Assembly: GCA_030141605.1 (NCBI GenBank)
Contig: JAQGDQ010002368.1
Span: 434,001 to 498,000 of the forward strand
DNA: 64,000 nucleotides
Origin: Tubiluchus corallicola
Lineage: Eukaryota; Animalia; Priapulida
Direction: 5' to 3'
A program made the translations under genes and the position numbers. The notes beneath the pieces were generated by a model. The model saw only the letters and a program-made list of their open reading frames with translations. It did no database searches and was not told the DNA's origin. Shown here in pieces: positions 1 to 36,995 of the stretch (position 1 is the first letter of the stretch; each line of letters starts with the position of its first letter).

Positions 1-1958
1 GGCACACGATGAAGACTAGTTGTTTTTTAATCAAGCAGCATCCTTCCTTCCTCTGTGTATCCTGTACAAGATGTTACTCCCTACCAGTAGCTTTCTACAT
101 TACATATAAACATGTGCCTAACAATCCTGTAAATATAATGTTCCACCAACAGCTACACAAGATGGCTATGTTCCAATATCTTCACTATCTTCAATAACTT
201 CATTAACAATCTCGCTAACTACCAAGTAGTCTACAACTGTAACATTAACCATCCAGATCATATCAGCACTTCACATGCCACAAAACCAATTTAACTCCAG
301 AATATCAATTACAATAACAAGTCAATTGTTTGCGGAGAAAAAGATGTTATCAGTTTGAAATTTTAGCTACGAATAATGCTTATCTGACAAAATAACCATT
401 ACATTATACCTAGAGAATGCACAATAAGCTTTGAAGGACATTGTATTTGCTAACATCTTGTAAACATCCTTTTGTTGAGGGTATGACTAATCACTAACTC
501 GTGACGTGACACAGCAGAAAACATAAACAAGCCATTAGCTTATTTGATATTACAGATAGTAAATATAATAAAATAATAAATCATTAATCTTCATTTACAT
601 CACTATTTGAAACAAATCTTAGTTAATTAGCTACAATAATAATTTGATACTAAAAACAGTAATGCACAATAGGTCACACACCTTCCTCCCCAAGTCACTG
701 TCAATAAATTTCAGAAAGTAGTCAATATCCGTATTAACTTTGTAGAAATCAGAAATTTGTTGCTTGAACGTCTTTCCCTGAAAATACTTCCTAAAAAATA
801 ACTCAACAATGGTACATAATTAATAAACATAGTTGATTTACATAACAAGTAAAAAGTGAGAAAATATATTAATGACAGCCTTTGGCTAAGGCTAGTCAAA
901 ATTCTGGCAATTAATGAATTAGTTAAATAGTTAATCTTAGTTGGGTCAGAACTATAATTTTTCACAAATACGAAGCACGTTTAACTCATGTATTTCTGGT
1001 CTAGATGAGCTCCCAGTCAAGGCAAAAACCATCAGCTTTAATTCTAGAAACTACAGTCATTACAAATTACACACAATTAAAGAGAACTTGACAAACTTAC
1101 TATAGCAAACCCAACATCATAATAGCCACCAGAAGCATGAAGAACTGGCAGAAACAAAGCTTGAGCTGACAACATGACCACTAAATCTACTGGCTTTTTC
1201 TTCGTAATCAATTACAAAATCATTCAAATTGTGCATATCAGTAGCTAAACAAACTCTGACTTTTCACTTTGCTGGTGAAAGAACTTCTCAGATAGACTGC
1301 AACTGTCTGAAGCAAGCAAGAGCAAGACATGTCTCTGAAAGCATAAAATACGGTATTCTCAAATTTTCCTAAAGATGTGTGAAAGGCACAAAAATCACCA
1401 AAGAAACGGATTGTTTTCAAAACTAACGATTTCTTCCACTCCCTTTCTCAATTGACGTTGGCTCGTTAACTTTGGTTTTTCGCCACCCTTTCTCTATTAA
1501 TTTTGTATTTTTGTGCATTTATTTTTATATGTTATATAAAAATGTAAAACAATAAATTAACAACCTTATCTAACCTAATCTTTTTCATCTTATCATTATG
1601 CTCCTAGTCCTAGACAATTGTTCTAGAGTTTAGACGTGTTTTCTCTTTCTTGGTATAGTTTGCTCAAGTCCCAAGCGAAATTAAAATAAAATTTCGAATG
1701 CGAAAAGTCTTCTGTGCTCTGATATCAGTAAGAACCACAGCGTTAGTAATTTAAGTTTAACGAATTATTAAAAATCCGAAATACAGCTCTGATGTTAGGT
1801 CCTCAAATTTGATCAGCACCTGGGCGGCTCATCATCATTAGGTAGTTACTGGGCAGAGAAATTCTAAAACTGTCACCAAGTCAGGCAAACACAACGATAA
1901 TACAGCAAAGAAGTAGACACTGCTAAAGTCTGCTATGCTACTGGCTTGTCAGCATTCA

Positions 1959-2877
1959 CTGTTGTAGGGCGCCGAGTAACCCACTAGCCGAAATAGGACA
2001 CTTCCGGCAAAAAGCATGTGCTAAATTTGCGCAAATGCAGTGACGTACAAGGGCAGCCCAAGTAGGGCACTGGCGATTTTTGACGGGAAAACGAGAATTA
2101 AGATGACATAATAAGACATAAACCTAAATTTGTTTTAGGGAAAAAGTAACTTTATAGTCCTTGACAATTTACAAAATTAATGTATTTTTACAATAGTATC
2201 ATCAGTATTATTAGCTACATTAAAATCATTATAACATTATACTAAGTATCTTATTCTAATGCTTTAAAGAGAGAAAGTATGCACACAGTTATTACAGAAA
2301 TAATTACAACTTTAAAAATGAGACAGATGCTGCTTTCACAACACAAAAAAAAGTTTTTTTTTTAATATTTAGGAAAAGCATAGACAATTAGTTTTAATAA
2401 TATCAGTAGTATTGTAACATGTAGGGCACTGTCGTACATGGCTTGCTAGCCCATGTAGGGCACATATATCGCTAGAACGTTTACTTAGGAGAAAACAATT
2501 ATTCGTCCAAGAGGTAGTGAAATGGATTGCCTGTCTGTGAAGCGAGACAAAATAAAAAATGATATACCTTAAATAAATGTTGAAATCGCTAAAAAGTGGG
2601 TTTATTTCACTTCAACAACATTAATATCGAAACCAAATTTAATATTGTCCGTTCTACCAGCTCAGAATAAAATTCTTTTATTTTACCAGATGTATAATAA
2701 ATTATTCGACGTGTGTTGACGTTTTTAATTGTTATTATTACATAAACAAGGACAACGGACGGTGCCAGTACGCTTAACGACTCAATTCGCGACCTGTCTC
2801 TAGTGTCCTACTTGGGCTAGCCCATGTACGCCAATTGTCCTACTTGGGCTAGTGGATTACTTGGCGCCCAACAACTG
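1959..2877. mobile_element. Non-autonomous TIR element (~920 bp)
   Basis: ~40-bp imperfect TIRs (CTGTTGTAGGGCGCCGAGTAACCCACTAGCCGAAATAGGACA vs reverse complement CAGTTGTTGGGCGCCAAGTAATCCACTAGCCCAAGTAGGACA). Internal repeats of AGCCCA(A/T)GTAGGGCAC. Possible 3-bp TSD TCA. Confidence 0.8.
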
Positions 2878-4706
2878 TCACTCAATCATTCTTCATCATC
2901 ATCATCATACGCCCGTCACGTCTATTGTAGACATTGCAGGCAGAATTCTAAAATAAAAGAAATCTGCCTTCAGACAGGTAAACGCAGCAGTAATTCAGCA
3001 AAAAAACTAGACACTGCTACGCCAGTACCACTTCCGTTGGGAGCCGGAAACCTCGAAGAAATAGGGGCAACCTTTGTTCAATTGGGCCATCTAAGCGCAT
3101 TTCTAATGTTCCATATATATTCATCTCATTTTGGGAAATTATTTTAAACCACTCATGAAGAGTAAACTGAAATTTACTTTTTATTGTTGAATGACTCTTC
3201 CTCTAATTGAAAATAAGCATTATAGACGTACAACGGCCAGAATCTGACCGAAATCCTCAACGAACTGACCGTTGACCAACATACAACTAATCGACAAGCA
3301 ACTATGCCCACTATCCAATAGATATCTTTGTAAGTTAGAACCACTACACTCCAGGATACAAGTTCTAAGAGTAAGTGAACATTTACAGTCTAAATAGCAT
3401 AAATCAAATTAAGTAATAAAAGTTTAGAATTATTTAAACCTTTATTATTAATCTTGTTGCATGAGAGCAAGAACCTATAGTATCTGGATTCAGGCTTATA
3501 CTAGAAAATGAGAAATGAAGAATTGTCAGTCTTTTGTAAATCAGAATAGTTCTTGTAATTTCATTAACGCAGTAGTTTTTTGTGGGCGTGTTCAAGCTTT
3601 CATTTATCTTCTATTTTGAAAGCTTTTGGCTACTTGCCAATTTTATCTTTGTGGCATATATATAATGGTTTTGTGCTGACTAGTATGCAACTAATTGCAA
3701 ATGCATTGATCTTTCTGGTCTTTAGGATCTGTTTCATTATTAATTTTGATACTAATTAAAAATAATGCAAGTCAAACTGGCAGCACAGTTTCGAGTGCTA
3801 AAATGCTTAAAGCTAATGTAGTAAGTTAAACAATGTGTGTACAGCACGAAATTCAGGGGAGATATCTAAGCGGTTAAGCCAACTTGGTGACTAACTTAGT
3901 CGATAACTTCCCCCTTCATTTTGTTAGAAGTACGCACGCCCGTTCCAATGTAGAGTTTAGGAAAATTTAATTATATCCATGTTACCATTCATCACACGAA
4001 TTATAATTATAACCCTCTATTCACTGCTATTTAACTTATATTTGTTGCACAGGTGTGATGATTCAAGAAACTACCACGATAGAAAATTGACAAATCTTAA
4101 TAAATATTACAAGTATATCTACAATTAAAATCGTAAGAGATTTAATGTTTATGTTCGTTGCAGATACAATGCTTTTGCAATTGTTATTGTATACGATTAC
4201 ATTATGGCAGGTGTTCTTGCACTGGACAATTTATTTATTTGCGGAGGACAAAAAAGTGCTAACTGTTAAAATTAGATTTGGTACACTAGCGCTCTGTTAT
4301 CACCACCTACAGATTCCATGTTTCTGATGTAGCTGTGTCCGTCCAGCACTTAAGAATTAAATACACATTGTTATCGTCCAATTTTAAAAGCCCATTCTTA
4401 TTTTTACAATAATTATTATTAGTTCGACGACTTATAATATTTGCAACTGATGCCGAGAAGCAAGAAAAAGTTAATTTTAAATTGATTTAAGTTGCATGTT
4501 TCCATAATTCAGATAAGTATAAATCTGGTAGGGTGATTAGATATTATGACCTCTGTTCAATACGAGAAAGTGGTAGCAATTCGTTAATCTGTTAAAGTTG
4601 TTTAATTAATTGACTAGCCAAATCCCACAAAAAATTTTACGCATAAACCCACAATGACAAACCATACTACATGCACCACACCACACTACACCAACACCAC
4701 ACAACC

Positions 4707-5920
4707 GACACCATACCACTCACTCCACTACCCTACCCACACCATGTCACCCACACAACACTATAGCATGCACAACACCCACATTACACCATATCACCCA
4801 CATAAAGCCACCCACACAATGCCATTCACATTATGCCACAAACACCATGCCACAATCACCATTCATACCGCACCAACCTCATCCACCACCCACATCACGC
4901 CACTCATACCACATCAACCACAAAACGCCACCCACTTCACAACACACCACCCATACCGCATCCAAGATACCACATCAGCCATATCACAACACCTATATCA
5001 CATCAACCATAAAACATCACCCACATCACAACACACCCACAAAAAGGCATAGGAAAAATGTTACAGGAAAAAAGTGGCACAAGTGGACAAGCAGGTAAAA
5101 ATGGCACAGCAAAAATAGCGCAAATGGAAAAGTAGGTAAGAATGGCATACGTAAAAATTAATGGCACAGGAAAAAATGACACACTTCGTAACATATGTGC
5201 TTAGGATTAGGGTTACAGTGGGGTATAATTATTTGAGTTATTTTTACCTCTGCCAAAAAAGTTGTGCTTCAGCACAGTTTGCTTGGTTGTTTTTTGTCCG
5301 TTATGGCAGTAAGACACCATACCACTCACTCCACCACCCTACCCACACCATGTCACCCACACAACACTATAGCATGCACAACACCCACATTACACCATAT
5401 CACCCACATAAAGCCACCCACACAATGCCATTCACATTATGCCACCAACACCATGCCACAATCACCATTCATACCGCACCAACCTCATCCACCACCCACA
5501 TCACGCCACTCATACCACATCAACCACAAAACGCCACCCACTTCACAACACACCACCCATACCGCATCCAAGATACCACATCAGCCATATCACAACACCT
5601 ATTTCACATCAACCATAAAACATCACCCACATCACAACACACCCACAAAAAGGCATAGGAAAAAATGATACAGGAAAAAAGTGGCACAAGTGGAAAAGCA
5701 GGTAAAAATGGCACAGCAAAAATAGCGCAAATGGAAAAGTAGGTAAGAATGGCATACGTAAAAATTAATGGCACAGGAAAAAATGACACACTTCGTAACA
5801 TATGTGCTTAGGATTAGGGTTACAGTGGGGTATAATTATTTGAGTTATTTTTACCTCTGCCAAAAAAGTTGTGCTTCAGCACAGTTTGCTTGGTTGTTTT
5901 TTGTCTGTTATGGCAGTAAG
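4707..5920 (+). repeat. ~607-bp tandem duplication (4707-5313 / 5313-5920), ~99% identical, containing a CA-rich low-complexity tract
   Basis: Direct comparison by eye shows about 7 differences. The His/Thr-rich ORFs at 4654 and 5161 are by-products of this repeat. Confidence 0.95.
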
Positions 5921-6618
5921 CCTGTTATGCAAAAACAGATTTCCTAAGAAAAGTGCTTATAGACTATAGAATGCCAACATAGGAATCTTTTCACCGGTTC
6001 TTTTTTCGGAAAACTTGACCGAACACCATGTACAAAAAAAATTTCGTAGAGCATTTCGTTGAGGTGGTCAGAGGGAGTGCTTAGTACTTCTTTTTATTAC
6101 TTCTACAAGGACACACAATTCGCGTTAGTTCCAGGTTCTATTTCGAGAAAATCTCGTTTGTACAACTGAGTAACGCTGTCTATAATTTTTACTTATTATT
6201 GTATATAGCCCCATAAGATGACTTGGAACATATATATTTGTCAGACTATTACTACCGCCAAAATTAACGGTGACAAAGTAGATAAACCCTATGTAGAACA
6301 TTGGTGCCTTAATGAACAAATATTTTGTGAGTCTTTTGCTAGTCTATATAATACCAATGAATACACACTTTTGTATGTTTGCTCGTTTATCTTTGTGTTA
6401 AATTTTTTGAATCAAAAGAACCAGACCTAGTTTTATTATAATTCGTTTTATAAAAATCAATTGCGTTAAAATAACATTATGTGCCATTTTTCCTGTGTCA
6501 TTTTTACCTGTGCCATTTTTCCTGTGCTATTCTTTCGTGTGTCATTTTTCTAGTTTCATGTTTACCGTGCCATTTTTCCTTGTGCCATTTTTACCTGTTC
6601 CATTTTTACCGCGCACCG
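5650..6618. mobile_element. TIR element with 15-bp GGCACAGG(T/A)AAAAAT subterminal arrays; left end also duplicated at 5043-5313
   Basis: Direct arrays at 5043-5190 and 5650-5790. Inverted array (GTGCCATTTTTCCT)n at 6480-6610 ending CCGCGCACC. TTAGGATTAGGGTTA motif lies just inside the left array. Confidence 0.55.
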
Positions 6619-7253
6619 CGACATAGCTATGGACATGGAAAACAAATATAGCGCTTGTTCCGAATTTTGTAGAAAAAGTGTTCGTTGTTTTGGTCCTTAG
6701 TCCTAAATTAATGGTACCAACAGAATTCAGTGGAACGTTCTGTATAACTAGGAGACAATCTTGCAATTCAAATAAGAATTTTTAAGAAGCCGCTTTAGAA
6801 TGCAAAAGAGAAAGTGAAAATTTGGAATTGTTTTGGTTATTGTTTAAGAAAAGCCGATCTGTATAGTAAAAAAATAATAGACTTCATAGTTTGTTTACGT
6901 GCTTTTTCTAATGACAAATCAACATGAGGTTTAGAAATCTGTAGGCTTCAAATTTTTGCAAACTGAAAAAAGTGAATTTTAATTTTATTGACAGCAAGGT
7001 AAGAAGGCATTCGGTTTGTGTATATTTTTTAATTAAGTTTAACAGTAATCATTAGGCTACAAGATAATATCTAAAACGGAATAGCTGAGTGTTACGGTGT
7101 GTGCTTAGATGGGTGATCTACAGGAAAACTCTGCTATTTTTCTATGTTAGCGATGATACGTGCATTTTCCAACATAGCTGAGACGTTTCTGATCTTAGAG
7201 ATTATCGTAAAAATCCTTAATATATTCTACATTGTTATTATGTTCTGTGTACG

Positions 7254-7417
7254 CGTTTTGCTGAATTAGTTGGCGTTTTATAGTGTCGTCTTTTTATTAT
7301 GCCATGATTGTAACGGTTAATATTAATATCATTATGCCATTGTATTATGATAACTCTTGCGAGCATGGCTTAATTACAAAAACAACAATGTAAAACGCTA
7401 ACTAATTCAGCAAAACG
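7254..7417. repeat. Short inverted repeat (29-bp arms) ~200 bp upstream of the CNT-A ATG; likely decayed MITE
   Basis: CGTTTTGCTGAATTAGTTGGCGTTTTATA vs TGTAAAACGCTAACTAATTCAGCAAAACG (2 mismatches). Confidence 0.7.
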
Positions 7418-7611
7418 TTATGCCTGCACATGACATAATCTGAGTATAACAGACGTAACGAAGAAATAAAAAATTGTCTAACCACCTACTTATTCTGCAC
7501 AAAGAAACTTCATCACTTTCTTAATGGCAAATTTCAGATTGCGTAGTTTTTGTGAAGTAGCCAAATTCAAGTTACCATTGAAGACTGAAGATTGAAATTT
7601 AAATTGCATCA

Positions 7612-22271
<14,660 letters not shown>

Positions 22272-22695
22272 TTCAATTAGCCAATTTTATACACTTTAAT
22301 TCTTTATTTATTTATTTATACTATTTATTTTTTTGTTTGTTTATTTAATTGTTTCTTTTCTTAATATAGTAGTAATAATAATAATATTATTAATAATGAT
22401 AAAATAAAATAATATAAATATATATTAAAGGTAGACAATCAGTGCTAGTTTATGGTAAAAACGTACTCTCTTCTATGCGTCAGGAAAAAAATTGACTATA
22501 AGTGCAACGAACTTCAAGGCATTAAACAAAATGAACTATGGGTAATTTCTGTTTTTGCCAATCTTTCTTTCTTCAGCTTTTTAATTTTATCTATCTCAGA
22601 CATAAAATCGGCCATACAGTTAATTGCACATAGTAAATGACAAAATATAAATGAAAGTTAGTAGTTAAAACTATAAATAAATTAATAATCTCTCT

Positions 22696-22856
22696 CACAC
22701 ACACACGCACGCGCGCGCACACACGCACACATGCTCACACACACGCAGCCACACACACACGCGCACACACGCACATGCACATACCACACACACACGCACG
22801 CACGCATACACCACCACCCCCCACCCCACCCAACCCCACACACACACACACATACA
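22696..22856. repeat. Imperfect (CA)n microsatellite
   Basis: Direct reading. Confidence 0.95.
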
Positions 22857-23684
22857 CTTAATCTGTTTCTCTTCCTCGCTCTGTGTTATCATAATCAAGT
22901 CATGATCTTGCCTCTCACAAACGAGATAAGCAGGACAGTATTTTGAAGATGTTTTGTGAGGCTGCATTAAGCTTATCTAAAAAGGATCATACGAACATCT
23001 AAGAAGAAAAAATGCAACGGCTCGCAAATAACTTTAACGCGCTTAGTAGTGTATGATAATAAATTTCCTTATAAGCATAATAAATTCTGGATGTGCCAAA
23101 GCATTAATATCGTTTTGAGTGTTGGCTTTATGATGCAGTTTGCCAATAATTATCCACCTACATGTCCACTAGTGATGAGCTTGATTGACAGGTGGAATGG
23201 TTAGTTATAGACAGTCACAGTCGGTTAGTTCGGTATTCTGTTAGTGAGTAAGTCAGTTGGTTAATTTATTAGTTACTGCGTTGCACAGGCTTTACGTTGA
23301 GTAACACCTGCGTCTGAATCCTCAGAATCTATAGTTCATCCATTAGCTGTTAGTCCGCGACATGAATTACCTGAATGACCCATTATTTTCAAAAGCGTTT
23401 TGGGAATACCCAGATATTAATATAAAATGCATGCAGAATCTTAATTAGGTTACAGTCCCTGTAACTTTTTCGACTCTGTTACCTATAATATTGCTACGAG
23501 TAACCAAAAGTATGTAGTTAAATTAAATGTCACGATTTCCTGTAAAACACTTCCTGTTCTTAAATCGATCGTGTTGTCGTTTTGAGACATTATATGTTCA
23601 ACAAGGTGTGAGTGTTTCTGCGTAATAAAAAAAGTAATCGTTACACAGTAAATGATAATGAAATAAAATAGAATAATTTTGAAA

Positions 23685-33393
<9,709 letters not shown>

Positions 33394-33897
33394 TGTATGC
33401 TTCACATCAGACTCCATGCTACAAATTTCTTATGGACTGTACTTTTAAGCCCATATGCATATGGAGCACTTGCGTTGAGTTTATTTATCGTAGAGCAGCA
33501 CAGGTATTTTTTCGAAAATTGGTCCAAATATAAGCAATTTGTTATCTGTCCAAGTGAAAATGTGCCGTGGACTGTGGCATTAATATGTATATGTTAATAT
33601 ATACTAAATACTACAGTATACTAATATTGTAGTGTTACAGCCATAATAGTAATAAATTCTTATAGGTAGTATAAGATGAAAGAAACTTCGAATAGTGAAA
33701 ACATCACAGCAGACTTTAAACAAAACTGTGGCTATTTTATTAACGCAAATCAGATGTAACGTGCGTTACACCAAAAATCTCTGTAACAATTCCTTAAATT
33801 TGTTTGCGTCTTGCGAGAAGAATAAGACAATCTTTGAATATGAAACTATGCATTTATCATTTCATAGTAATTTTCGGCGTTAATAATTTTTGGCCTG

Positions 33898-34078
<181 letters not shown>

Positions 34079-36995
34079 TAAAATTAATACACAGTAAGCG
34101 CATGTAGTTTAACCACAAAATTATTCAAAGATATAACTCTCAGATTTAGAGTTCTATTTGCTACAGCGAAAATTGGGCATTATATTTTTACCCTATAGTT
34201 ATGTAGCTACGTAGTTATGTTAGTAGTTAGTATACTATTTTACTTTAAAAGTGACGAGAAATTTGATCGTGAAAACATTTCTTCGAGAAAATATTTCTAA
34301 GTTTTCTAATTCATGCACACTGATAGGTTGCCTTATCCACTCAGTATCCAATGCTGTTGATTAATTTTCTCAAAATAGATTTCATCATTAATAGCATAGC
34401 AGGGGTTTCGGTAATCTAGTTTTTCTAAGTTTATATGAGCATTGCGTAAAATACAGTAGCAAACTATCATAGATAGCTTGGACCAATTTCTGAAGAACAT
34501 TCAACAAAATCTATCAGCACAATTGGATCCAAACCTGCAGTCTGATTTTTATTGTGTCTACAGTGATAACGGTCGCGGCAATGACGACGAGGCGTGACAG
34601 GGCTGACCACTAAGTTTTTGGTCCCATAATGATTCTTGGAGAGGGTCAAAAGATAAATGCAACCATATAGTGCAACAGCTTCACGGCAAGAATGTAGAGA
34701 GGCGGAGAAACACTTCGGAATGACACTGAAGTCATTAGTACACACATGTATGTTACTTAACTGTGGGTTCCTTACAGAGTTTACTACAAAAATTATGTTA
34801 GTTCTCTATACAAAATATCCGTTAAACTTAACCAGTGTTTATATCCTAACGGCATGATACTGAGCTTTTTACTCAAAAACCACAAAATATGCAAAGTGTA
34901 CAAAATTAGTATTTTGCTATAATAATATTACTTTTATTTTATTTTATATTTGAAATATTGCGTGAAAAATAAATGTATGTTATCTTGGTTTAATATACGA
35001 ATCGCTTATATGAAGACAGATTATGCTCATATATATATGTATATATAACATAATACATATATATATAACATATACATACATATATAAATATACATATATC
35101 ATTTTATTACTAACTAATAATATATATATATTGTTAGTTATTATATATATCGGGTATTCTATAGAATATCTAGGCATTTTATGAAGTGTCAAAATAAACA
35201 AGGTAAATAATCTGAAATATTTTTTCAACACTTTTTAGGCGTTGTATATAATGTAAAAGTTTGTTACGCAAAATGTGTAATTCAAAGATTTTCGATACAC
35301 TTTTCCTATATAGGCATTTTGTAGTTGGTTTTGAAATGCTGAGTTTCGTAGTGGATGATCGAATGATAGGTGGAATACTGCTTGGTTTCGTTTTCGAATG
35401 TTTTGACAATGATGATGACTCTTCTAACGAAGACAGTGAATGTCGCTAATACTGTTTTTATGATGGTGGAGTAGATGCTGTTTGTTCTTTCAAAGACGGC
35501 GATATTAGTGATGTACTAGTAACATTTAATTTTCAAGAAGGAGCAAAGATTTTGCAAAGCTTTTTCTGTGTCACAATATTTTGAGATGATGATAGCTTGA
35601 TAGGCAGGGTTTCATTTTTGGGTTTAGATTTTTGCACTGAAAGACCCGTTACGCAAGTTTCTCAGGGTCCGTATGAGCTGCTCTGGTTCGATACTCCACA
35701 TCCACACCTGATTCGGAAATACATTCGTTGGACAGCAGGCTGCCTAGAGAAGGAATATGGTCGACCAGGTCAAGCCGCGTAAAGTGATAAAGTGTGAAAG
35801 TGCTGTAGAGAAAACACTTGCTTACCTGTTATATGAAATGCCTGGGAATTTTATAAAATTCCTAAATTTTGCACATTGCCTTGCCTGTAACATCTATACT
35901 ACTTTGTTATTTTTAGTGAAGCTTGAAATCATTGTCTGACATTAGTCAATGTGCGATGTCAGCCAATTTTAATCTCAATCTTGCCTTATTAGCAAATTAA
36001 TTTTAAAAGCTGACACTGTCGCTTGGCTTATGCACTACTAAGATATAAATCAAACAACCAAAGACAGACTTTTTACGACAATAGCACAACATACGTAAGG
36101 ATATTACTTCCACTAAGTGCTGTAATTCACGTAAATTTGCATAAACGCAATCATTACTTAGATATTTAAGTAAATAAAAATTCAATAATTTTCATTGACG
36201 TGATGGTAACTGTGACGGATTTGTACATCCGTTGTAAGCCGTCCTTTTTAATTTGAGCAGTTTAATTTAACCTCAGAAAAACCAAGGAGCGACTGTTGAG
36301 AAAGTTCTTGTGCAATATGACTTTTATCTGCGAGCGCTAGCATCCCAGATCTAAGAGAACCCATACCCATACGCTGATTGTTGTCATTTCATGACGCCAG
36401 GCCGTCCAAGTTTTTATTTTTTTAATTATTGACAACTCGGAAGGACAGAGGTCTAGAGTCACTTTAAAAGATCTGTCAAAAAGCCAAGGACACTGTACAT
36501 AAGTCAATATTTGGATTGCCCTTCAACTCTTCCCATGGCTTTCTTAAAATTATTTTTTTTCATAAATATTTAGGTATTGTGAGGTAGATGTATACTTGGA
36601 GTTTTAAAAAGTTGGGAGGCCTAGCTTTTCTTTAAAAAACCTTAAATTATTTAAAGGGTCGAGACAGGAACCAAAATATGAAAATTAGTGAGAACTATAG
36701 TACGCAGAGTCACGAAATGACAAACCTCCCGCACTTTTCGCATTGGTTAGTCACATGTGAGCATAATAATCTACAAGTATTGACATAAGTGAAACACGCT
36801 GTACCAGGTATAGTCAGGTGTAAACATAATCAGGGCGTTACATTATGTTACGCTCGCAGATTTGGATCTGAATTCAATCAGTCTTGTTGATGTAGTAGCT
36901 AGCTAGTTTAGAATGTTTACGTCTACCAAAGATTTACAAGCTGATCGAGCTGCAAAATTAATCTAACCCTCGTATAACCTATATCTAGCTCCAAG

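Noticed and set aside
995-1040. CTAGATGAGC...GGCAAAAACC, hammerhead-like
   Set aside because: Both core segments are disrupted and the stems are weak.
1-1450. Possible coding or retroelement remnant at the window start
   Set aside because: No recognisable motif or consistent frame could be read.
4654-5668. His/Thr/Pro-rich ORFs of 83-165 aa
   Set aside because: Produced by a CA-rich tract that is open in several frames and duplicated in tandem. No splice context or domain.
5043-6618. Short periodic repeats as a CRISPR-like array
   Set aside because: Eukaryotic context, adjacent degenerate 15-mers without unique spacers, and no cas genes.
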